Source: Orbicella franksi (taxonomy: Eukaryota). From it: 64,000 bases of DNA. Where the stretch lies: the NCBI GenBank assembly GCA_964199315.1, contig OZ116707.1, positions 30,504,001-30,568,000 of the forward strand, given 5' to 3'. This document shows, piece by piece, positions 62,801-64,000 of the stretch (positions within the stretch are counted from its first letter, which is position 1; each line of letters starts with the position of its first letter). The notes under the pieces are model-generated. The model was not told the DNA's origin. It saw only the letters and a program-made list of their open reading frames with translations, and made no database searches. The position numbers were made by a program, and so were the translations under genes.

Positions 62801-63663
62801 AGTACTTAGCAAACCTCCCAAGTGCATCCATAACTCAATAGTGCACGCTATGGCGTTTACCATTTGTTAATTAATAGTTTGTGATATTTACTTCATCTCC
62901 AGCATGTACTCAGGGATATTGTGTCAATGGAAAGTGCCAGTTAGACAACCAGGGACGCCCAGACTGTGTGTAAGTGTCGACAACTAGTGCACATACCTGT
63001 AAGTTTTGGGGTTTTCTAAGCTGTGTATCACTTTCATGGAGCGTCGTGCAACGTCATATTGGAGGGGCGGATTCGCGCCACTGTTAATGTTTTTAGATAC
63101 ATATTTTTAAAGAAATAATAAAACTTTAAATTATCCACTTTATTGCTGGAACAGTGAATATTACTGGGGAAGCAGTGATAGCGCAGTGGTGAAAGTACTC
63201 GTTTCTCATCGAACTGGGTTGAGTTTGTTGTTGGTTCTCGCCCTGCTCCAAGAGTATTTCTCTGGATTCTCGTCTCCCACCGAAGAGGGTTCATTTTTTT
63301 TTTTGTTGGTTTTCGCCTTGCTCCGGTTTTCCTGCCTCCTGAAAAACCAACATTTTCAAATTCCAATTCGAGCAGCAGAGTTAGGGCTGATGTGGCTTCC
63401 TCTCTAAACATTGTAATTAAGTCATTTATTTGCTGCAAAGAATATAGTTTTATCGAACTTACCGGAGTTACCGTTTTCGTTGTTTCCTAGTTGCAACGCT
63501 AATTACGCTGGTACGAGATGTCAAAATTGCACCAATTGTAAGTGTCCTGCCGATCAGATTCAGTGTAAAGTGGGTCAGTGGTTCTGCGCAAAGAAAGCCG
63601 ACATCTGTAATGGAATAGTGAAGTGTGGTCTCAGTCCAGATGACTTTGTAAAACTTTGCAATG
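1631..63663 (+). CDS. MALRD1-like: Giant multi-exon gene, partial at both ends: MAM and LDL-receptor class A domain-containing protein (32 MAM, 18 LDLa-like, 2 trefoil, 1 EGF, 1 unassigned Cys-rich domain); 93 exons, about 6,560 aa in window
   Basis: Repeated MAM motifs (CxFExxxCxW, TGPxxDHT, GxYx[19 protein letters not shown]) and LDLa motifs (CDFxxDCxDxSDE) lie in AG/GT-bounded exons. Exon phases chain without a break and sum to 19,683 nt. No start codon, signal peptide, TM segment or stop codon is in the window. Confidence 0.95.
2122..2302. other. Assembly gap (N run), intronic
   Basis: N run. Confidence 1.
2303..2445 (+). repeat. Tetranucleotide microsatellite (TCAA/TCAG/TCAC)n beside an assembly gap
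   Basis: Directly visible. Confidence 0.95.
2589..2679 (+). CDS. exon 2, MAM1 end
   Basis: AG/GT, 91 nt; [19 protein letters not shown]. Confidence 0.9.
3213..3359 (+). CDS. exon 3, MAM2 start
   Basis: AG/GT; [20 protein letters not shown]. Confidence 0.92.
3753..4018 (+). CDS. exon 4, MAM2 core
   Basis: AG/GT; [16 protein letters not shown]. Confidence 0.92.
4456..4702 (+). CDS. exon 5, MAM2 end / MAM3 start
   Basis: AG/GT; [24 protein letters not shown]. Confidence 0.9.
5211..5485 (+). CDS. exon 6, MAM3 core
   Basis: AG/GT; [17 protein letters not shown]. Confidence 0.9.
5560..5745 (+). mobile_element. tRNA-derived SINE (degenerate)
   Basis: A box TGGCTTAGTCGG at 5567; B-box-like GCTTCAAATCC at 5611. 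Confidence 0.6.
5789..5879 (+). CDS. exon 7, MAM3 end
   Basis: AG/GT, 91 nt; [12 protein letters not shown]. Confidence 0.9.
6249..6392 (+). CDS. exon 8, MAM4 start
   Basis: AG/GT; [19 protein letters not shown]. Confidence 0.9.
6963..7222 (+). CDS. exon 9, MAM4 core
   Basis: AG/GT; [13 protein letters not shown]. Confidence 0.92.
7243..7388. mobile_element. MITE with TAGCCTG..CAGGCTA ends and 9-bp TSD
   Basis: TSD GCTGTGGAG at 7234-7242 and 7389-7397. Confidence 0.8.
7968..8193 (+). CDS. exon 10, MAM4 end / MAM5 start
   Basis: AG/GT; [22 protein letters not shown]. Confidence 0.9.
9009..9274 (+). CDS. exon 11, MAM5 core
   Basis: AG/GT; [15 protein letters not shown]. Confidence 0.92.
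9303..9689. mobile_element. piggyBac-like MITE
   Basis: TIR CCCTTTGAATACCA / TGGTATTCAAAGGG flanked by TTAA on both sides. Confidence 0.85.
9886..10063 (+). CDS. exon 12, MAM5 end + Thr/Pro-rich linker
   Basis: AG/GT; [20 protein letters not shown]. Confidence 0.9.
10514..10660 (+). CDS. exon 13, MAM6 start
   Basis: AG/GT; [21 protein letters not shown]. Confidence 0.9.
10931..11094 (+). CDS. exon 14, MAM6 core a
   Basis: AG/GT; [18 protein letters not shown]. Confidence 0.9.
11507..11644. mobile_element. Hairpin element, copy 1
   Basis: Internal palindrome plus asymmetric tail; flanked by 14-bp direct repeat AACATAGAACGAAT. Confidence 0.75.
11922..12026 (+). CDS. exon 15, MAM6 core b
   Basis: AG/GT; [16 protein letters not shown]. 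Confidence 0.87.
12058..12155. mobile_element. Palindromic MITE TAGCCTGCGAAC..GTTCGCAGGCTA
   Basis: 12-bp TIR; flanks GGGAACCTA / GGGAACCTG (9-bp TSD with one mismatch). Confidence 0.8.
12457..12547 (+). CDS. exon 16, MAM6 end
   Basis: AG/GT, 91 nt; [12 protein letters not shown]. Confidence 0.9.
13118..13279 (+). CDS. exon 17, MAM7 start
   Basis: AG/GT; [15 protein letters not shown]. Confidence 0.9.
13572..13791. mobile_element. MITE with CAGGGCTCGAAAAAA TIRs (hAT-like ends)
   Basis: 15-bp perfect TIR; internal repeated GGGCAAG motifs; only 5 bp (TTGCT) of flank duplicated. Confidence 0.7.
13955..14214 (+). CDS. exon 18, MAM7 core
   Basis: AG/GT; [16 protein letters not shown]. Confidence 0.92.
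14336..14426 (+). CDS. exon 19, MAM7 end
   Basis: AG/GT, 91 nt; [12 protein letters not shown]. Confidence 0.9.
14540..14763. mobile_element. Kolobok-like MITE
   Basis: TTAA-GGGCCCTAGTCAGCC..GGCTGACTAGGGGCCC-GTAA (degenerate TTAA). Confidence 0.6.
15005..15145 (+). CDS. exon 20, MAM8 start
   Basis: AG/GT; [18 protein letters not shown]. Confidence 0.9.
15230..15400 (-). mobile_element. Partial tRNA-derived SINE
   Basis: B box GGGTTCGAATCC on the minus strand at 15358-15369 followed by a non-tRNA body. Confidence 0.55.
15821..16089 (+). CDS. exon 21, MAM8 core
   Basis: AG/GT; [16 protein letters not shown]. Confidence 0.92.
16168..16450 (+). CDS. exon 22, MAM8 end, Pro/Thr linker, MAM9 start
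   Basis: AG/GT; [23 protein letters not shown]. Confidence 0.92.
16750..16933 (+). CDS. exon 23, MAM9 core a
   Basis: AG/GT; [17 protein letters not shown]. Confidence 0.9.
17334..17641 (+). CDS. exon 24, MAM9 end / MAM10 start
   Basis: AG/GT; [22 protein letters not shown]. Confidence 0.9.
17767..18026 (+). CDS. exon 25, MAM10 core
   Basis: AG/GT; [16 protein letters not shown]. Confidence 0.92.
18127..18217 (+). CDS. exon 26, MAM10 end
   Basis: AG/GT, 91 nt; [12 protein letters not shown]. Confidence 0.9.
18341..18502 (+). CDS. exon 27, MAM11 start
   Basis: AG/GT; [21 protein letters not shown]. Confidence 0.9.
18809..19011 (+). CDS. exon 28, MAM11 core
   Basis: AG/GT; [16 protein letters not shown]. 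Confidence 0.9.
19124..19431 (+). CDS. exon 29, MAM11 end, trefoil 1, start of trefoil 2
   Basis: AG/GT; [34 protein letters not shown]. Confidence 0.92.
19965..20266 (+). CDS. exon 30, trefoil 2, Pro/Thr linker, MAM12 start
   Basis: AG/GT; [40 protein letters not shown]. Confidence 0.92.
20769..21040 (+). CDS. exon 31, MAM12 core
   Basis: AG/GT; [15 protein letters not shown]. Confidence 0.92.
21494..21584 (+). CDS. exon 32, MAM12 end
   Basis: AG/GT, 91 nt; [12 protein letters not shown]. Confidence 0.9.
21752..21899. mobile_element. Hairpin element, copy 2 (opposite orientation to copy 1)
   Basis: 40-bp tail identical in reverse complement to the copy at 11507-11644; flanked by 9-bp direct repeat ATTTTAGAA. 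Confidence 0.75.
22076..22216 (+). CDS. exon 33, MAM13 start
   Basis: AG/GT; [18 protein letters not shown]. Confidence 0.9.
22389..22728. mobile_element. MITE with CAGGGTTCGTAC-type ends (hAT-like)
   Basis: Right end GTACGAACCCTG; degenerate left end CATGGTTCGTTC; internal GTCATGGAA repeats; CTCTAG on both flanks. Confidence 0.65.
23020..23285 (+). CDS. exon 34, MAM13 core
   Basis: AG/GT; [16 protein letters not shown]. Confidence 0.92.
23790..24021 (+). CDS. exon 35, MAM13 end / MAM14 start
   Basis: AG/GT; [16 protein letters not shown]. Confidence 0.92.
24253..24351. repeat. Palindromic repeat core
   Basis: 23-bp arms GTTTGACTACATTTCCAAACACC / GGTGTTTGGAAATGTGGTCAAAC (one mismatch). 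Confidence 0.7.
24477..24754 (+). CDS. exon 36, MAM14 core
   Basis: AG/GT; [16 protein letters not shown]. Confidence 0.92.
25480..25564 (+). CDS. exon 37, MAM14 end
   Basis: AG/GT; [19 protein letters not shown]. Confidence 0.9.
26185..26337 (+). CDS. exon 38, LDLa1 + MAM15 start
   Basis: AG/GT; [25 protein letters not shown]. Confidence 0.9.
26596..26700 (+). CDS. exon 39, MAM15
   Basis: AG/GT; [13 protein letters not shown]. Confidence 0.9.
   Translation, partial: DSVDGMTPAKVHMIGIEIVEERRPVTQGQVRITH
27166..27378 (+). CDS. exon 40, MAM15 core
   Basis: AG/GT; [17 protein letters not shown]. Confidence 0.9.
28001..28277 (+). CDS. exon 41, MAM15 end + LDLa2
   Basis: AG/GT; [23 protein letters not shown]. 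Confidence 0.92.
28371..28504 (+). CDS. exon 42, MAM16 start
   Basis: AG/GT; [18 protein letters not shown]. Confidence 0.9.
28669..28940 (+). CDS. exon 43, MAM16 core
   Basis: AG/GT; [16 protein letters not shown]. Confidence 0.92.
29100..29306 (-). mobile_element. tRNA-derived SINE
   Basis: A box TGGCCGAGTGG; anticodon arm CCGGA-CTTGAAA-TCCGG; degenerate B box GGTCAAGTCC; non-tRNA 3' body. Confidence 0.8.
29420..29669 (+). CDS. exon 44, MAM16 end + LDLa3
   Basis: AG/GT; [24 protein letters not shown]. Confidence 0.92.
30042..30179 (+). CDS. exon 45, MAM17 start
   Basis: AG/GT; [18 protein letters not shown]. Confidence 0.9.
30490..30750 (+). CDS. exon 46, MAM17 core (probable GC donor)
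   Basis: AG acceptor; donor AAG/GCAAGT; [12 protein letters not shown]. Confidence 0.8.
31116..31270 (+). CDS. exon 47, MAM17 end + LDLa4 first half
   Basis: AG/GT; [23 protein letters not shown]. Confidence 0.82.
31293..31678. mobile_element. hAT-type MITE
   Basis: TIR CCCG(n)ACTCCCATATGGA; perfect 8-bp TSD ATTCTAGT. Confidence 0.9.
32030..32225 (+). CDS. exon 48, LDLa4 second half + MAM18 start
   Basis: AG/GT; [22 protein letters not shown]. Confidence 0.92.
32850..33068 (+). CDS. exon 49, MAM18 core
   Basis: AG/GT; [17 protein letters not shown]. Confidence 0.92.
33095..33340 (+). mobile_element. Degenerate Penelope-like 3' end with hammerhead-like motif
   Basis: Decayed [11 protein letters not shown]-type C-terminal coding remnant followed by CTGAAGA..GAAACATGTC at 33270-33303. 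Confidence 0.55.
33440..33659 (+). CDS. exon 50, MAM18 end + LDLa5 start
   Basis: AG/GT; GEQGDIW..GCNSGQY. Confidence 0.9.
33987..34219 (+). CDS. exon 51, LDLa5 + MAM19 start
   Basis: AG/GT; [22 protein letters not shown]. Confidence 0.92.
34344..34415 (+). repeat. 27-bp tandem repeat, about 2.7 copies
   Basis: AAAATATGATGTGTAGAACATGATGTG. Confidence 0.9.
34827..35086 (+). CDS. exon 52, MAM19 core
   Basis: AG/GT; [14 protein letters not shown]. Confidence 0.92.
35111..35720. mobile_element. Penelope-like element 3' remnant with an inverted 5' segment
   Basis: Minus strand: [16 protein letters not shown] (GIY-YIG region). Plus strand: [36 protein letters not shown]. 31-bp perfect inverted repeat at 35111-35141 / 35385-35415. 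Confidence 0.85.
35721..35880 (+). repeat. Tri/hexanucleotide microsatellite (TAA, TGATAA, TGACAG)
   Basis: Directly visible; follows the Penelope-like 3' end. Confidence 0.95.
35917..36143 (+). CDS. exon 53, MAM19 end + LDLa6
   Basis: AG/GT; [20 protein letters not shown]. Confidence 0.92.
36326..36459 (+). CDS. exon 54, MAM20 start
   Basis: AG/GT; [16 protein letters not shown]. Confidence 0.9.
36602..36861 (+). CDS. exon 55, MAM20 core
   Basis: AG/GT; [16 protein letters not shown]. Confidence 0.92.
37459..37558 (+). CDS. exon 56, MAM20 end
   Basis: AG/GT; [19 protein letters not shown]. Confidence 0.9.
37731..38220. mobile_element. Tc1/mariner-type MITE
   Basis: TA-CAGCCGAACCTCC..GGAGGTTCGACTG-TA; internal GTGGTCGCTTA repeats. 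Confidence 0.8.
38524..38799 (+). CDS. exon 57, 4-Cys LDLa7 + MAM21 start
   Basis: AG/GT; [28 protein letters not shown]. Confidence 0.9.
38914..39105 (+). CDS. exon 58, MAM21 core
   Basis: AG/GT; [15 protein letters not shown]. Confidence 0.9.
39162..39247. mobile_element. Short MITE TAGGCTCGATT..AATCGAGCCT abutting another GC-rich repeat
   Basis: 10-bp terminal inverted repeat; GC-rich relative to the intron. Confidence 0.55.
39498..39684 (+). CDS. exon 59, MAM21 end + LDLa8 start
   Basis: AG/GT; [19 protein letters not shown]. Confidence 0.9.
40490..40725 (+). CDS. exon 60, LDLa8 + MAM22 start
   Basis: AG/GT; [21 protein letters not shown]. Confidence 0.92.
40967..41104. mobile_element. 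Harbinger-like MITE (degenerate)
   Basis: Ends CCCCAGTTGTTCGA / TCGAACAACCGGAGCC; internal GGATAG/TATCC repeats. Confidence 0.55.
41347..41613 (+). CDS. exon 61, MAM22 core
   Basis: AG/GT; [14 protein letters not shown]. Confidence 0.92.
41954..42205 (+). CDS. exon 62, MAM22 end + LDLa9
   Basis: AG/GT; [23 protein letters not shown]. Confidence 0.92.
42387..42604 (+). CDS. exon 63, MAM23 start
   Basis: AG/GT; [13 protein letters not shown]. Confidence 0.9.
42797..42989 (+). CDS. exon 64, MAM23 core
   Basis: AG/GT; [16 protein letters not shown]. Confidence 0.9.
43307..43492 (+). CDS. exon 65, MAM23 end + LDLa10
   Basis: AG/GT; [23 protein letters not shown]. Confidence 0.92.
43753..43842 (+). 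CDS. exon 66, MAM24 start
   Basis: AG/GT; [15 protein letters not shown]. Confidence 0.9.
43887..44056. other. Assembly gap (N run) within a hexanucleotide microsatellite, intronic
   Basis: N run flanked by GACAAT and CAGTAA repeats. Confidence 1.
44180..44508 (+). CDS. exon 67, MAM24 core
   Basis: AG/GT; [14 protein letters not shown]. Confidence 0.92.
44635..44853 (+). CDS. exon 68, MAM24 end + LDLa11 start
   Basis: AG/GT; [22 protein letters not shown]. Confidence 0.9.
45150..45354 (+). CDS. exon 69, LDLa11 end + MAM25 start (RKRR motif)
   Basis: AG/GT; [27 protein letters not shown]. Confidence 0.9.
45557..45825 (+). CDS. exon 70, MAM25 core
   Basis: AG/GT; [16 protein letters not shown]. 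Confidence 0.9.
46268..46386 (+). CDS. exon 71, MAM25 end + LDLa12 start
   Basis: AG/GT; [14 protein letters not shown]. Confidence 0.9.
46861..47105 (+). CDS. exon 72, LDLa12 + MAM26 start
   Basis: AG/GT; [21 protein letters not shown]. Confidence 0.92.
47574..47951 (+). CDS. exon 73, MAM26 core and end
   Basis: AG/GT; [22 protein letters not shown]. Confidence 0.92.
48052..48356 (+). CDS. exon 74, LDLa13 + MAM27 start
   Basis: AG/GT; [23 protein letters not shown]. Confidence 0.9.
48543..48746 (+). CDS. exon 75, MAM27 core
   Basis: AG/GT; [15 protein letters not shown]. Confidence 0.9.
49464..49720 (+). repeat. Imperfect tandem duplication (about 135 + 122 bp)
   Basis: Two units starting CAAACGCTACAGAACGCACCAAACGCT at 49464 and 49599. 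Confidence 0.85.
50112..50276 (+). CDS. exon 76, MAM27 end + LDLa14 start
   Basis: AG/GT; [19 protein letters not shown]. Confidence 0.9.
50710..50920 (+). CDS. exon 77, LDLa14 + MAM28 start
   Basis: AG/GT; [17 protein letters not shown]. Confidence 0.9.
51509..51745 (+). CDS. exon 78, MAM28 core
   Basis: AG/GT; [21 protein letters not shown]. Confidence 0.9.
52135..52283 (+). CDS. exon 79, MAM28 end
   Basis: AG/GT; [18 protein letters not shown]. Confidence 0.9.
52824..53154 (+). CDS. exon 80, LDLa15 + MAM29 start
   Basis: AG/GT; [21 protein letters not shown]. Confidence 0.9.
53385..54110 (+). CDS. exon 81 (726 nt), MAM29 core/end + most of MAM30
   Basis: AG/GT; [29 protein letters not shown]. 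Confidence 0.92.
54222..54482 (+). CDS. exon 82, MAM30 end + Cys-containing linker
   Basis: AG/GT; [23 protein letters not shown]. Confidence 0.88.
55088..55237 (+). CDS. exon 83, MAM31 start
   Basis: AG/GT; [20 protein letters not shown]. Confidence 0.9.
55443..55762 (+). CDS. exon 84, MAM31 core/end
   Basis: AG/GT; [20 protein letters not shown]. Confidence 0.92.
55785..56255. mobile_element. Two abutting Harbinger-like MITEs (55785-56025 and 56029-56255)
   Basis: TIRs GGCCGGGTTGTTCAAA and GGCCCGTTTCTCGAA; separated and flanked by CAG/CTG/CTG trinucleotides. Confidence 0.7.
56428..56718 (+). CDS. exon 85, unassigned Cys-rich domain, part 1
   Basis: AG/GT, phase 0-0; [28 protein letters not shown]. 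Confidence 0.87.
57355..57556 (+). CDS. exon 86, unassigned Cys-rich domain, part 2
   Basis: AG/GT, phase 0-1, in a frame not shown in the ORF track; [38 protein letters not shown]. Confidence 0.85.
57804..58176. other. Assembly gap (N run), intronic
   Basis: N run. Confidence 1.
58304..59570 (-). mobile_element. 5'-truncated non-LTR retrotransposon (CR1/L2-type) reverse transcriptase; ORF 58304-59479 runs to its stop codon, frameshifted upstream
   Basis: RT motifs [19 protein letters not shown] and YADD; C-terminal [13 protein letters not shown] and WNSLP; NYRPVTVLP motif just upstream in a shifted frame; no endonuclease domain. Confidence 0.92.
59565..59635 (-). mobile_element. Internally deleted tRNA-derived SINE head fused to the LINE 5' end
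   Basis: GGGGAGGCAGCGTGGCCTAGTGGTTAAGGGCGCTGG matches the SINE at 29100-29306; B box deleted. Confidence 0.75.
59636..59799 (+). mobile_element. Probable LINE 3' UTR with (GTT)n tail, opposite strand to the RT
   Basis: AT-rich stretch ending AATAAAATG(GTT)4G; 3'-end style typical of L2/CR1 elements (inference). Confidence 0.5.
59917..60204 (+). CDS. exon 87, Cys-rich domain end + MAM32 start
   Basis: AG/GT; [28 protein letters not shown]. Confidence 0.88.
60520..60698 (+). CDS. exon 88, MAM32 core
   Basis: AG/GT; [13 protein letters not shown]. Confidence 0.9.
60935..61106 (+). CDS. exon 89, MAM32 end
   Basis: AG/GT; [19 protein letters not shown]. Confidence 0.9.
61254..61373 (+). CDS. 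exon 90, LDLa16
   Basis: AG/GT; [27 protein letters not shown]. Confidence 0.92.
61780..61899 (+). CDS. exon 91, LDLa17
   Basis: AG/GT; [30 protein letters not shown]. Confidence 0.92.
62080..62240. mobile_element. Degenerate MITE
   Basis: Inverted arms TTGCCTCCGTGCCAAGACGAGTC / GACTCGTTTTGAAACAGAGGCAA. Confidence 0.5.
62714..62868. repeat. Long palindrome (47-bp perfect arms)
   Basis: AACAAATGGTAAACGCC..GGATGCAC and its exact reverse complement, plus further near-perfect inner pairing. Confidence 0.9.
62903..62969 (+). CDS. exon 92, EGF-like domain first part
   Basis: AG/GT; [21 protein letters not shown]. Confidence 0.88.
63166..63420 (+). mobile_element. tRNA-derived SINE (rearranged)
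   Basis: A-box-like TAGCGCAGTGG; body GGGTTGAGTTTGTTGTTGGTTCTCG..CCGGTTTTCC..AAAAACCAAC; B box missing. Confidence 0.6.
63491..63663 (+). CDS. exon 93, EGF end + degenerate LDLa-like repeat
   Basis: AG/GT; [26 protein letters not shown]. Confidence 0.85.
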
Positions 63664-64000
63664 GTGAGAATTTCATGGATTGAAATACTTTTAAATTGCA
63701 TATGAAGCCAGAAAAGTTCACTGGATACTTCGACATTTATCACTTTTAAGACGTGATTCCAAAGGTTAAAACGTGTTAGAAGGAAAGCCGTTTTATACTG
63801 TCTGGAAATTGTGCTGTTTTTTTTCTTACAGTTAGTAACAGGTTTTCAAATGGCGCAACCAAAATGCGACATGAAAACGGCATTGATTTACAGGAAATGT
63901 CCAATCCGTGATCACCTGACAATATATCAACTCAGTTACAATATTATAGGGTCTTGTAGCGGTTTTCAAGCTGACTCTGTGCTCTGGTGAACTTTCCAGT

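Noticed and set aside
248-63743. Many 60-200 aa minus-strand and off-frame ORFs in the ORF track
   Set aside because: They are antisense or alternate-frame shadows of MAM exons, or chance ORFs in repeats. They have no recognisable domains, and no second gene is supported.

Overview
Eukaryotic, intron-rich DNA, most likely from a scleractinian coral or another anthozoan. That assignment is inferred from the gene family and repeat types. Almost the whole window (1631-63663) is the interior of one giant plus-strand gene encoding an extracellular MAM and LDL-receptor class A domain protein (MALRD1-like; resembles coral skeletal-matrix MAM/LDLa proteins). I hand-spliced 93 exons. All intron phases are mutually compatible, giving 19,683 coding nt (about 6,560 aa), and the gene runs off both ends of the window. 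Domain order: 14 MAM domains arranged as an A-B-C triplet super-repeat, with two trefoil (P-type) domains inserted after MAM11; then alternating LDLa-MAM units (LDLa1-15, MAM15-29); MAM30-31; an unassigned 18-cysteine domain of about 180 aa; MAM32; two LDLa; one EGF; and a degenerate LDLa. Notable details are an RKRR proprotein-convertase motif in MAM25, paired cysteine gains and losses, and a probable GC-AG intron. Introns carry many MITEs (hAT-, piggyBac-, Kolobok-, Tc1/mariner- and Harbinger-like ends), tRNA-derived SINEs, palindromic elements, two Penelope-like remnants with hammerhead-like motifs, and a truncated CR1/L2-type LINE in a composite inversion. Three N gaps lie in introns. All coordinates were read by eye and no database searches were run.
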